Assembly: GCF_036588685.1 (NCBI RefSeq)
Contig: NC_086373.1
Location: 42,098,001-42,162,000, forward strand
DNA from: Mytilus trossulus
Lineage: Eukaryota
Direction: 5' to 3'
Length of the DNA: 64,000 bases
This document shows positions 52,201 to 63,233 of the stretch, piece after piece. The notes under the pieces were generated by a model. The model was given only the letters and a program-made list of their open reading frames with translations. It did not search any database and had not been told where the DNA came from. The first letter of the stretch is position 1. Each line of letters begins with the position of its first letter. Made by a program: the position numbers and the translations under genes.

Positions 52201-55200
52201 TAAAATAAGAAATTTGTATGCTTGAACTTTCCTTGTTACTTTTTCGTCGCTTCAAAATTGCCACCCCATGTCACACATAGCCGACACCCCGCATGTGGCG
52301 TTCTACACGGCGTGATTACGTTATACTGCATATGAGTGCAGTATAACGTAATCAGAGATCAATATTTTAATTAGATTGCTTTAGTTTGTATATTTGCATT
52401 ATGTTCAGCCATGTAGTTGTCTGTTTATTTTCGACATGAGTTTGAATGTCCCTCTGGTATCTTTCGTTTCTAATTTTTTTTACAGGACTAGTATAATACA
52501 ATAAAAGTGACAACCAAACAGTCATCTGTGTCTTTAGTATTATATATAAATATATATTGAAAAATTAACATGCTCTATCATTGCACATGTATATTTGAGA
52601 ATGATAAAGTCATAAAAGAATCATTTACTCTTTTTATTTTAATGACATTTCATTTGTTCATTTCCTGTGAAAGCTATTACCTAGAATAATGTTTATTAAT
52701 AAAAACAGTTAATCAGCATCATTATTATGCTAATAGATGCTAGATACTTCGGTGTGGGCTTTGCTCATTGTTGAAGTCCGTACGGTGACCTATACTTTGT
52801 TAATTTCTGTGTCATTTTGGTCTCTTTTGGAGAGTTGTCTCGTTGGCAATCATACCACATCTACTTTTTATAATACACATATATGTATTTAATCACTTAT
52901 ATTTAAGGGGTGTATGTTGAGAGTAGTAGTTGGCTAAAAGAGGACAGCTTGTACTCGCTTAAACATGAAACATTTAATTAATGTCAAAATCATAATTGCA
53001 ATATTTAATTTCATTTAACGATTTAATAAACTGAACACATTCTGATGTATTTGACAGTATTCTAGATTCAGATTCAATATTTTATTATAGTCTCACCACA
53101 TACAAACATAAAATGAGATTCACATACATAGATTTAAAACATTAAAACATTTGCATTGCATGTACCAATTCTATTTATTAAAAGATATATAACATCTTCA
53201 AGGAGGTAATTTCAGCTGTAATTTTCCGCTAAGTTTAAAGTAAAAAAAAAAAACATTTGTTAATAGAAGGAGAACCTTTTTCGGTTTTTTTATCGTTTTT
53301 TTTTTAATTTAATTTGAAACTTGTTTTGTTTTCTGTGCTGTTGTAAATTATGGTCTTTAAATATCTCTTATTGTGTAAATGGTTTCTCCGTTTAACAAGA
53401 AATAAACTTTATATTAAAGTTAAATAATATTTTGTAACTTTGATTGAATTTCAGGGTGGCAATACAGCACTTCACATGGCAGTAGCAAGAGACCAGATAG
53501 GAACCGTAAAAATAATTTTAGGCTACAAACCTTTATATGCAGTTCCAAATAATGTGAGTATAGTGATATATGATGTAATTGAACTACTTGTAGGTGCCAA
53601 ATTAATAACTTTTTTAAAATTGTAAATAAAAGATATTGAACTTTTCATAAAAAGTTTCTACCAGGTTAAGAAGTGTCATAGCGTAGTTCAAATCTTCTGT
53701 TCTCCATTCATTGATAATTACAATATGCGTTTTCAAATACGTTTGAATATCCATGGAGATAAGATAAACAACACTAGATTGAACCCAAAACTATTTACCC
53801 TCTCTGCAAATTTCAATGTCAATTGATTGACTGATATTCTATATGTCAAGTTAAATGGTGGTCGATAGAACATAACACTGAGATTATTCCTAACCATGTT
53901 CAATGGGGAGTTCAAATCGAAATCAAGACACAACAATACACAAAGTAACGAGACAGTACTGTCCAATAAAATCACACTCATACGAACATCGAACAATATC
54001 TTTTGGCAATGCGATATTCCAACAATATCATTATTTTTCTGTCAATTAGTCAGAATCAGCAGAAACACTGATCATGGGGAATAAAAGTGAAAAATGCACC
54101 AACACGCTGTAATATAGATAGTCATTAATAAACTATAATTCACATTTCAAACAGTGCTGTAGAGATTTATTTTCAGATTAAGGTAAATTATTAATACGTT
54201 TCTAACATTTTTTTATATATCTCAATTCATCCCATTGAGTTATAAGCAAACAACAATCATGCAACTATATTGAATCAAACATGTTTATGTCTAAACATAA
54301 ATAAGTTTATATATATATATCTTAAATTGTTTCTATCAACTGTGCAATTTAACGATATATTGGAATTCATTCTATGGACAGGAAGATCAAACCATTTTAC
54401 AAATTGCAGAATCTAACGAAAACGAAGAAATGATTGAAGTCTTAAAGGATTACGAAAAGACAATTCCACCGCCCGAGAAAACAAAAACTGATTTAAAAGG
54501 AAAAGAAAATGGAAAAGACAAAAATTGTGTCATCTCATAGTAACTTTTTTTTTGTCTGTTTTACATCAAGCATGGTTTTTTTAATAATTGAATTATAGAT
54601 TTAATACTAAGTCATATAAAAATACATATATTTGTTTTTAACTTAGTTAGCATTTGCATGTTTAAATGATACGTTGCATGACCTTTAACGTAAATCTTTC
54701 GTTTACACCGTTACTGTCCATGATACTTGTTACATGGCATTCCTTAGTTGAATTTTAACGTTACTTTTATAGAAAAAAAATAGTATATGGGTGACTAACC
54801 ATCGATACAGGTATTATGCAATATTAAGAGTATTTCAATGCGATTCGTTCACTACAACCAAACTTTCAGGAACGCAGTCATCCAATCACTTACCAAGATC
54901 GACTTGATCCTTAAAATCAACTTCATTTTTATAAGTTATTTAATATTAATAAATAACAGTCGGATTGCTGTTTAATTTTGGAAAATGTCAGCTTTAGGTT
55001 AACAAATATACTCATAGAACAAAATTGGCCATATATTCCTGGGTTATATTGTTTTCCTAGTAATTGATTTTGACAACATGTCTATTGAATGCATTCTAAA
55101 AATGATGTCCGTATTTTCAGAGGCTTTTGTTGTGTATTTAAAAGAAATCGTGGTTTTTGAATTGACCAACTTAAACGTTGACTCCTTGTTTGTTTGTACG

Positions 55201-57884
55201 TATAAAAATATAGACGACCAACCTTTTTTTATGATACTTAAGAAGTGAAACTGTATAAAGTGAAATGTATAAAAAGTATATTTACTTTTATTTTCCTGTT
55301 AGATAAGTTCATATTTTCTATTGTATGATACTGTTTTATGCTGTCAATAAGAAAATGTATTTATGTGTAGGAAGGTCAAACTGAAATGCAAATTGCAGAA
55401 AAACATGACAACAGTGAAATAATTGAGGCGCTTAAAGACTACGCAAAGACGTTGCCACATGAGAAAACTAAAACCACTCTCAAACCTAAAGACAAAATAG
55501 AAGACAAATCTTGTGATATATTATAGTAAATTGCTTGAAACAAATGGTTTTAACTAATGATTTGCGATTTCAATTTTATTTTCTTAAATATTGATTTGCT
55601 ATGTTTTATGTGTTAAATGTTTTAAATATATATTTTTTCTTGTAAAATGGTGTGTATTCAACATTTGTGAACTGGCATATTGAAGCGTGAACTAAAAATA
55701 TCAATCCTTACCCAAATAAAAGTAATATATATTTATTTTCTCCTGGTAAACTCTAAACAACATTGCATCGTATAAGAACAATTTAGTACATAAACAAACA
55801 TGCATTTAGTATAGTGGATGCCATAGACACGTTTAAGGTTTAGTTTTTTTTTCTATTTCAACGCATCTGTTAAAACGGTTTTCTTTTTCTCATAAAAGTG
55901 AAGTTTGAATTATAATAACACATAGAGCAGATACAAAAACTGTTGATTCCTTATATGAAAGCGTAATACAAGAATATAAGGTAATTACCTTTCTACGCTG
56001 ATAAAGGAAGATACAAGTATTTTTTTACAAATACCTATCAATATAATTATTTGTTGCATAAACCTAATGATTTGGTCATGTGTGTGCAAACTGTGAACTA
56101 ATCTGTAGAAAAAAAAACATTGGTTCAAAAATATTTTTATAAAAAAGAATAAGATGTACTAGTATCCTAATATACCACCCGGAATGGTTATGCTGTTGTA
56201 AATGTTTATCATCATATTCATGCTTTCTGCTCTTTGATCGGATGTTGTCCCTTTGACATATTTTCCATTTTCATTCTTAAGTGTTTGCACTTCAATTGTA
56301 AATTTCGAATTATCTCGAGGCAACGATATAATTTTTATCCTAGACAAAATTTTTAAACTAACTTCTCTTTTAATAACTGGTATTATGTGATTATCCCATA
56401 GCTAGAATGTAATTGAGCTGGTTGTTATTCCGTAAAACATTGTTAACTGTGGCGTCACAAAGGTTGCCAATGTATTTTCGAGGGGTTACAATCTACTCTA
56501 ACACTCTTTATGTGTTATTCAATTTATTAAAATGAATTTTCTGTAATTACTGTCTAATAAAGGCTCTCCCTTGACACCATTTGCGAGTATGGTCTTGAGG
56601 AAACAATGATAGTCCGTCGGAAGGGGACGATAAATGGCTGACCCGTGTTAAGAGAGAGCCATATCTCTTGCACGTTAAAGACACCCTTGTAGATTTCGAA
56701 AATGAGTAGGCTAATGCCGCTACAAGGCAGCACTCGCACCCGCAAAGTGGAAAGGGATTAATATAAGTTGCAATGTGATAGAGTAAATGTCTCCCTCTTC
56801 TTAAACAACTAAAGTCTGGCATTTTGACATGAATTATAATTCTTCTGATTAGATGTTTCCTTTGTGTCATGTTGCGTTCATATGTTATATTTACGTGATA
56901 GTAGTTTGTCGAAGGGTTTAAGATGACCATTCTATACCTACAAAGGGTCTGATTTCAGAGAAAGATTGAATAAACTCATAAATTTATATTTCTACAGTTT
57001 TAAATAAGCTTTTGGAATAAATGTTAAAAGTTCTGAATTGGTAAACGCATGATTAGCATTATTTAATTATTGTAATAATATTCCTCTTACATTTAATAAT
57101 CAAAACACGTTTCATAAAAGCCAAATAAACTGCTTATTTGACTTGCTTTTTACAAAAACACTAGTCAAGTCATACATAAGAGTAATGAATCTTTGATTCA
57201 AAGGTCTTTGGCCATTCGAAAAATTTTTTTTTTTTCTATTTTGGCCATTGCAATCTATACTTTTCTTCGACTGATTATATGTTGTCCCTTTTTATATTAA
57301 CCCTGTATTATGTATGTCGTGAAGTGTCATATTTTACAGTCACTAACCATATATTTTAAACAGTTTTTTTTTGTATTTAATTTGTCTTTATTAATACATA
57401 TGTGTAGGTGTTGCTTGCTGTGGAAAAAAATGCATGTTTATGGCCTTTTTTAATTATTTGAATATGTACTGCATGCGGTGTTCTTTTTATCTAAGTTTAA
57501 CACTAGTTCATTTCTGTCTATAATGATTGGAATTTTTTTCTTTCTTGTCCGTTGGACATAACTTATAATGTTTTTTTACTTCAACTACATGTTTCTGACC
57601 TCAACATCTACAGTGAAGACAAACACTTTGAGAATATTTATTGCATTCGTTTTTAATTAAATTTAAGCCTTTTCTTTCAAACATTCTTTACCTGATAAAA
57701 TGATTCAATGTAAAAGCTTGATGAGTGCAAACAAATATATTTTTTATTTTTGTAGGAAGGGAAAATGCCGAATGATATTGCTGAAGATAATGATAATTTG
57801 GATATGATGAAACTTTTAGAAGACTACAGAAGAAGTCAACTAAATCATGACAGGAACAAATCTGGATCTTGTAGTGTTCTATGA
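28280..57884 (+). CDS. Ankyrin-repeat protein with microexon linker, acidic tract and alternative CaaX C-termini (~520-530 aa)
   Basis: Core exons 28280-28321, 31105-31191, 32149-32370 (DGMMPMHIVA..GSDVD..EDTILHL), 33460-33588, 34401-34490 (KNGANVNYVNE), 35344-35451 (GAGAIHY..KADPNLRD), 36329-36448 (GDNCLNLA), 37173-37262, then microexons, then 46542-46655 (EDEDDEDDEEDD), 47155-47268 (GLYPLHQA..RGADVSA), 53455-53553 (GGNTALHMAV), then one of three last exons. All exons are multiples of 3 with AG/GT ends and open frames. An in-frame stop upstream of ATG 28280 supports that start. Confidence 0.88.
30188..30800. repeat. Element with (ATAAG)n/(CTTAT)n inverted ends and an internal 35-bp GC-rich repeat
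   Basis: ATAAGATAAGATAAGATAT at ~30188 vs ATATCTTATCTTATC at ~30785; TACCGGGCGGT at 30531, 30566, 30601 and 30620. Confidence 0.5.
31885..31910. repeat. (TATG)n microsatellite within a dispersed repeat
   Basis: Six consecutive TATG units. Confidence 0.85.
32413..33186 (+). mobile_element. Non-autonomous Helitron
   Basis: A|TCTGTAATACTAAAATA 5' end; 3' hairpin ACCCGTGA-TA-TCACGGGT (33160-33177) followed by CTAG|T; internal ~150-bp duplication (~32448 and ~32878). Confidence 0.8.
33826..33867 (-). ncRNA. Minimal type I hammerhead ribozyme, core intact, stem III palindrome altered
   Basis: Minus strand reads CGUCA-CUGAUGA-GUUU-UUUGU-AGAC-GAAA-CCCGCG-UC-UGGCG. Confidence 0.7.
34680..35215 (-). 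mobile_element. Dispersed repeat, non-coding end of the Penelope-like element at 58255-59163
   Basis: Closely matches 58255-58790; a shorter copy lies at 63790-63932. Confidence 0.8.
37848..44776 (+). CDS. Array of 8 phase-0 microexons encoding the inter-ankyrin linker
   Basis: 37848-37856 DET; 38176-38208 DDDEPSIITPT; 39383-39409 TKKNAHNTP; 39995-40021 EKKEQFVPA; 40833-40871 KVKNHDTPRKASV; 43157-43180 EALKRAVR; 43849-43887 DEPPAPVVDPVKE; 44756-44776 KTQLMHQ. Each has a TAG acceptor and a GTAAGA, GTTAGA, GTAAGT, GTAAAA or GTAAGG donor, length 3n and no stop. Confidence 0.72.
40144..40539. mobile_element. Non-autonomous TIR element (~70-bp TIRs, possibly Academ-like)
   Basis: AATAGACTACTTTCGAGTTCATCCGTCACCGG..GTCAATTATACGCGCCTTTAT vs ATAAAGGCGTGTATAATTGAC..CCGGTGACGGATGAACTCGAAAGTGGTATATT. 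Confidence 0.8.
45084..45200. mobile_element. 117-bp palindromic mini-foldback element with 9-bp TSD
   Basis: TSD CATATAGCA (45075-45083 and 45201-45209); the whole element is an imperfect hairpin centred on ATGTCGCGC-TCCCAT-GCGCGACAT. Confidence 0.85.
46413..46454 (-). ncRNA. Minimal type I hammerhead ribozyme, intact core
   Basis: Minus strand reads CGUCA-CUGAUGA-GUCU-UUUGU-AGAC-GAAA-CGCGCG-UC^UGGCG. Conserved core, stem II GUCU/AGAC, palindromic minimal stem III, stem I CGUCA/UGGCG. Confidence 0.85.
47930..47947 (+). CDS. Candidate 18-nt microexon (SEEHDE) between two ankyrin exons
   Basis: tatatag|AGT GAG GAA CAT GAT GAG|gtgaga; phase 0, purine-rich island in an AT-rich intron. Confidence 0.45.
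48211..48670 (+). mobile_element. Retrozyme-like tandem repeat (~340-nt unit) with two decayed hammerheads
   Basis: ATGCTCT(T/G)CAACTTTGTACT.. recurs at 48211 and 48551. The hammerhead at 48261 lacks GAAA; the one at 48599-48640 has CTGATTA instead of CTGATGA. Confidence 0.7.
49386..52378. mobile_element. ~3 kb foldback/MULE-like non-autonomous transposon
   Basis: TIRs ~49386-50114 and ~51615-52378; termini CAATCTAATTAAAATATTGATCTCTGATTAC; perfect 9-bp TSD CTTTAGTTT (49377-49385, 52379-52387); no transposase ORF. Confidence 0.92.
50359..50690. repeat. 70-bp tandem repeat (~4.7 copies) inside the foldback element
   Basis: TG(G/A)TGTAT recurs at 50361, 50431, 50501, 50571 and 50641. Confidence 0.9.
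54382..54540 (+). CDS. Alternative terminal exon A, ends CVIS* (farnesyl-type CaaX)
   Basis: cag|EDQTILQIAESNENEEMIEVLKDYEKTIPPPEKTKTDLKGKENGKDKNCVIS*; AATAAA at 54948. Confidence 0.85.
   Translation, partial: EDQTILQIAESNENEEMIEVLKDYEKTIPPPEKTKTDLKGKENGKDKNCVIS
55371..55526 (+). CDS. Alternative terminal exon B, ends CDIL* (geranylgeranyl-type CaaX)
   Basis: tag|EGQTEMQIAEKHDNSEIIEALKDYAKTLPHEKTKTTLKPKDKIEDKSCDIL*; paralogous to exon A; AATAAA at 55715. Confidence 0.85.
   Translation, partial: EGQTEMQIAEKHDNSEIIEALKDYAKTLPHEKTKTTLKPKDKIEDKSCDIL
56562..56773 (+). mobile_element. SINE fragment with Deu/Nin-type central domain
   Basis: GTCCGTCGGAAGGGGACGATAAA..GCACGTTAAAGACACCC resembles the Deu/Nin SINE core; no tRNA head visible. 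Confidence 0.55.
57756..57884 (+). CDS. Alternative terminal exon C, ends CSVL* (geranylgeranyl-type CaaX)
   Basis: tttttgtag|EGKMPNDIAEDNDNLDMMKLLEDYRRSQLNHDRNKSGSCSVL*; shares the EG..IAE..L.DY capping-ankyrin pattern with exons A and B. Confidence 0.82.
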   Translation, partial: EGKMPNDIAEDNDNLDMMKLLEDYRRSQLNHDRNKSGSCSVL

Positions 57885-58254
57885 TATTGTATGACATCTT
57901 CTAATCTAATGTTCTGTCATAGGCTGTAACAAGAGCTATTATATGGTGTTTTAACGTTTAACAAGAATCGTAATCATGCAAAAAATCACAATCCTGCTGA
58001 AATATTTACCCTTATTTAACTTCTAATCGTTTCAAACAAGCACCTTTTATCTTACTGCATGTAGCTCATAATTATAGAAGTAATTCTTTCATTTAATTAT
58101 TGCACAAACGAATTTTCTGATTTGGAATATGATTCTGATATATGATAAAGAAAATGTTTTTGATTACCAAAAATATGTATTGAAATACAAATGCATTTGT
58201 TTATTTATTGATACATTTGTTAATAACGTACCACAGAAAGGTAAATACACTTAA

Positions 58255-59163
58255 CTAAAATTGAGAATGGAAATGGGGAATGTGTCAAAGAGACAACAAC
58301 CCGACCAAATAAAAAACAACAGCAGAAGGTCACCAACAGGTCTTCAATGTAGCGAGAAATTCCCGCACCCGGAGGCGTCCTTCAGCTGGCCCCTAAACAA
58401 ATATATACTAGTTCAGTGATAATGAACGCCATACTAATTTCCAAATTGTACACAAGAAACTAATATAAAAATAATACAAGACTAACAAAGACCAGAGGCT
58501 CCTGACTTGGGACAGGCGCAAAAAAAGCGGCGGGGTTAAACATGTTTGTGAGATCTCAACCCTTCCCCTATACCTCACCAATGTAGAAAAATAAACGCAT
58601 AACAATACGCACATTAAAATTCAGTTCAAGAGAAGTCCGAGTCTGATGTCAGAAGATGTAACCAAAGAAAATAAACAAAATGACAATTATACATAAATAA
58701 CAACAGACTACTAGCAGTTAACTGACATGCCAGCTCCAGACTTCAATTAAACTGACTGAAAGATTATGATTTCATCATATGAACATCAGGCACAATCCTT
58801 CCCGTTAGGGGTTTAGTATCATACCATCATAACATATATGAGAAGAACATAACCCGTGTCATGCCAACAACTGTTTTTAGAATAATGTCTTTAGTTCCGA
58901 CGCAAAGACCTTATCAGGGACTCAATATTAACGCCAAAATATGCAATCTTTAATGACTTGACAACAGTATCGTAATTATATCCCTTCTTAATCAGTCTAT
59001 TTAAAGGTTTTGTAAGTTTCTGAGGTGAATACTGACACCTTTGTGCTTTATAAAGAATATTTCCATAAAAAATTGGATGTGAAATACCTGAACGTATCAA
59101 AAGTCTGCATGTTGAGCTATATTTACGAATGATGTCTTTATACCGATGATAAAATTTAGTAAA
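58255..59163 (-). mobile_element. 5'-truncated Penelope-like retroelement (ORF C-terminus and UTR)
   Basis: Open frame KFYHRYKDIIRKYSSTCRLLIRSGISHPIFYGNILYKA..LIKKGYNYDTV..* (stop 58891), followed by the dispersed repeat. Confidence 0.65.
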
Positions 59164-60229
59164 AGTTAACTGTTTATCATGTGAATTGGATTTGTAAACA
59201 TAAATTGCAAAATAAAAAATAAAAATCACTTACTTTTAAGCAAAACAACATGAGTTTATTTGATGTAATAAACCTATCATTATTGTCCTTATTTTATCAT
59301 TCATAAGTTTAAGTCAGTATTTTTGGCAGTGCTAAGATGCGACTGTCTTACAAGAGAGCGATTAAGCTAGCTTTAAAACCAGGTTTAATCCACAATTTTC
59401 TACATTAGAAAAATGCATGTACCAAGTCAGGAATATTCCTTGTAGTTAAGTATTCTGATTATTTTACTTTTTTCGTTACGCTTAATGTAAATGGAATTCA
59501 AGCAAACCTTTACCTGTAGTGAAACTCTAAGGGTCGACATGTGTTAACCCGAAGATGGATGGAGCATAGGATTCAATATCCTATAAAATAAAACATTGTA
59601 AAAACCATCAAAGATCATCTTAAAATATTTTTTAGTTAACAGACTATCCAATTATATAATTTTGGGACTACAAACGATAAGACGTAAAGGATTATCCAAC
59701 AGAAACCATAAAAGAAATATCAAAAATAAATCCATGAATGTTGGATGTATGAAACACCGAAACACACCATTACATATTATTCAACCGAAACCATAACGAA
59801 CACATCAACAGTTAATACATGAATATTGAATGGAAACAATACCGAGACACATTGTGCAGCTATTTAAATTGACTCTCGGTATAACAGTCATATAGGGGAA
59901 TAGGTCAAGCTCGGTACTTAGCAGACAGACGACAAAGATGTTACACCACAATCTAAAACATAGTAAAAGGTCATTAGCTAGTTTAAACACAGACACATCG
60001 TATAGATCAACAATTCGAGATGGTGTCCATAAACTTTACCAATATTATCTGTATCAGCCTATTTGTAAATTGTTAAAATGCTTCAAAGGCAATATCATTA
60101 TCATTGTTAGTTTTAACCCACCATTGCAAAAATCACAACCTTAGCGAGATTAAGAACACAAATACAAATATACATAGAAACATAACGGTACATATGAATT
60201 AAAAAAAATGTGTGTATCTCTTTTTTGCT

Positions 60230-60960
60230 TATTGTTGCACAATTATTGTATTAAATCCCAATGCGATTGACGAAATATATTCCTCTAGGGCTTCCATAAA
60301 CTGGTCTAGTATATCGAATTTAGCGAGCTTTTTAATTTTTTACTTCAATGTACAAAGTATATATCCCAAAATTGACCTTATACAAGCCGAATACTCTGAA
60401 ATTGATATTTTAGTTTTTACTTAAACATTGTTAAACGTCAATCACGAAGACGAGGCAATCAAGCTTCTTAATTAACATGACCTAAATCTTCGCGACAGAG
60501 GTCCAAATAAGAAAGGGGAAGTAATAGTCTATGTTAGAAATAATATACATGTCAAAAGCCGAACTGACCTCGAAATTGACAGTTTGGAAGTAGTCTGACT
60601 AATACTTTTAGACATTTGGATGACATATTGACTCTCGGATAACGTAAAAGAAATCATAAACGAAATAACCAAAATCATCATAGAAGCTGCTGAAAAATGC
60701 AATCAAAATAAGACTATAACAATTAGAAAAAAAATGAACCACAATGTCTCACAACTGATATAAAGAAAAATATAAGGAGGAAAAAAAGAATTTACAAAAA
60801 GGCAAAAAAAATGATAACCAATCCGATTAGATAAAATTAAAAAATAAATCCTAGAGTAATAAGAAACGCTATGGAAAATTTTAATTACAACTTGATATTT
60901 TTTTTAAAAACGGCAATCCTTCTGCTTCCGATAAGTGGAAGACAACTAAAAAGTAAAATC
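60230..60960 (+). mobile_element. Degenerate CR1/L2-type LINE ORF2 fragment (APE endonuclease and linker)
   Basis: FNVQSIYPKIDLIQAEYSEIDILVFT*T (cf. N..S..K..D...TETWL), RDRGPNKKGEVIVYVRNNIHVKSRTDLEIDSLEVV*, then IIEAAEKC..KTITIR; contains stops and frameshifts. Confidence 0.75.
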
Positions 60961-61173
60961 ACAAAAATACTGAAAATCGTTTAACAAATGCATATACATG
61001 GCAGAAATATGATTCATATTAGAGTGTTGTTAATTATATCCATTTATGTTAGGAAAGTATTACAAAGCAAACAAACAATGTCCTTGGCAACCAAAATGGA
61101 CAAACTAACAAATCTGGTTTTTTTATTATATCAAAATATTATCCAGTGCACAATCTGACAATTAAGAGGTCAG

Positions 61174-61978
61174 GGGCCGGTTTCACGAAGCTATCGTAAG
61201 ACATGTCATAAGATATATCTTAGGACATGTCTTATGATCCTCTTAGGACTATCCTACGACATATCTCAGACCTCGTCTCGAAGCTGTCTTAGGATGATCT
61301 TAGCTAAGACATCCTAATCCTGCATATGTCTCAAGTTCTTTAAATTTTCAAATATAAATATAATTTACGGAAAAAAATCATGTAAATGTAGTATGTCTTA
61401 CCGTAAATTATTCTTAATGTATTAACTAATTCAATGACATAATTTGCAAAATAAATATAAAAAAAAGTAATTTATATATAAATTATCTTTAAACAATACA
61501 TCAATATAAATATGAAATTTTTAATTCAAAATTAAGAAAACAGAATATAAAATGATGACATTGTTTGGGTACAAGTGAGTTGAATTCAATTTCGACTTTA
61601 TTGGTTATAAAAGGTTAAGGGATAAAATCGTGCAATCTTGATATCAATACATCGAATTTTCATTGTTGACAAATCATGATAATCCGTCTATCTAAAAAGA
61701 TAACGCTATAAGCAGGAACAGGAGAATAAATAATTAGATGATAAATAAGGTATTTTTTTTCAAAATTAATGTAAAAAAATAGTGTAGTTTATATAAATGA
61801 ATGTATGACTATCCTAAGACCATCATAAGACACCTCTCGCGTTGTCCTAACTTTATGACCAACATTAAGATATGTTCTTATTTAAGACCACTTTGTGAAA
61901 CCCACTTAGGACTAAGATATGTCTTAAGACCATCCTAAGATATGTCTTAGTCCTAAGACAGCTTCGTGAAACTGGGCC
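61174..61978. mobile_element. Non-autonomous PIF/Harbinger element
   Basis: CAG|GGGCCGGTTTCACGAAGCT ... AGCTTCGTGAAACTGGGCC|CAG; subterminal TAAGAC/GTCTTA repeats. Confidence 0.85.
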
Positions 61979-62454
61979 CAGATATCAATCATCCCAATAT
62001 GAAATGAGTAAATTCAACATTATCTACTTTAACTAGCAATAACTGTAGCCTCCTAGTAAAATGATTCATTCAATGCCAACAATTTAAATAACACAAAATA
62101 GTAAAATAACAATACAAACATGTATTTTTTTTTTATCTAAAGAGTTCTTTTTAATTAAATCAAGGTAAAGTCTTTATAAATATTCTGATGGGTTCTCATT
62201 ATCCACCCCAAAATCCCCAATCCCTTATTAATAACTGGTTGACAGTTGTATGCATACATGTATACCTAATAAAGGAGGATATTTTCAAATGTTTCTCATT
62301 TTTTGTGTTAGCTAACATTTTTTACCAGATACATATTGGTCTGAGACCTACATAATCTATTTTTATAGTATTTTTTATAGTATCTGACACTAAAATTCTA
62401 ATTATTTAAAAAGCTCGGCGAGCCTCACGCTTTGAATATCAAAAATACAACTGT

Positions 62455-62557
62455 CTCTAACACATTAACAAATGTGACAATACATTAACAGATGTAACAA
62501 TACATTAACAGATTGTAACAATACATTAACAGATGTAACAATACAATAACGAATGTA
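62455..62557. repeat. ~20-bp minisatellite
   Basis: ACATTAACAGATGTAACAAT, about 5 copies. Confidence 0.8.
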
Positions 62558-63233
62558 AATTGTAGAGTCTAGACAGACAGGAAATAAAGCACATAATACA
62601 TAGGTTATCGTTGCTGTCTGCCATTTTTTTTCATTTCTTTTTTATTTAAGTATAAATAAGGCACCTGGTAGCCTGTTTTTGTAGGGTTCTTATTGGTGGT
62701 GTTTAAATAACAAATATAACAGATATTTTTTTTAATTATATTAGTATTACAATTATAACATAATATAATAATAATAATAAATACTCTATTTAAAGAGGGT
62801 AAAATCAGTTAGTAAAATACTAGTCTCCCCTGATGTCCTCTGAATAATTCAAAATATAACAATAATATAATATAGACATTTACATACATACAACTTTATG
62901 CAAACCAAATGGCGAAAAAAATACAGAATCGGTTCATAAACATATGTTGTTAATGTCAGATATTCAAGACAATTAGTTTTCCATATTTAGTTTACTTGTT
63001 TCTGTCCATATAATAACTTAAATTTTATCGTTATTAGAAGTTAATTGTAATACCTACCGCACAGTTATCAATAATTTCACTAATTTCGTTATTAAAAGAA
63101 AATCAAATCATTTTGAAATATCACTTAATGTGTGTTGTCCTCCTTTGGTTCCGTGATATCATTCCAATAAATCTTGATACAATGTTCCTTTAGTTTTGAG
63201 ATCAAATATGTACTTCAATGATATTTTCTGTAC

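Noticed and set aside
28280-57884. Naming the ankyrin-CaaX gene as PPP1R16A/B (MYPT3/TIMAP)
   Set aside because: No RVxF-type motif before the first ankyrin repeat, and the split-ankyrin architecture differs; no symbol assigned.
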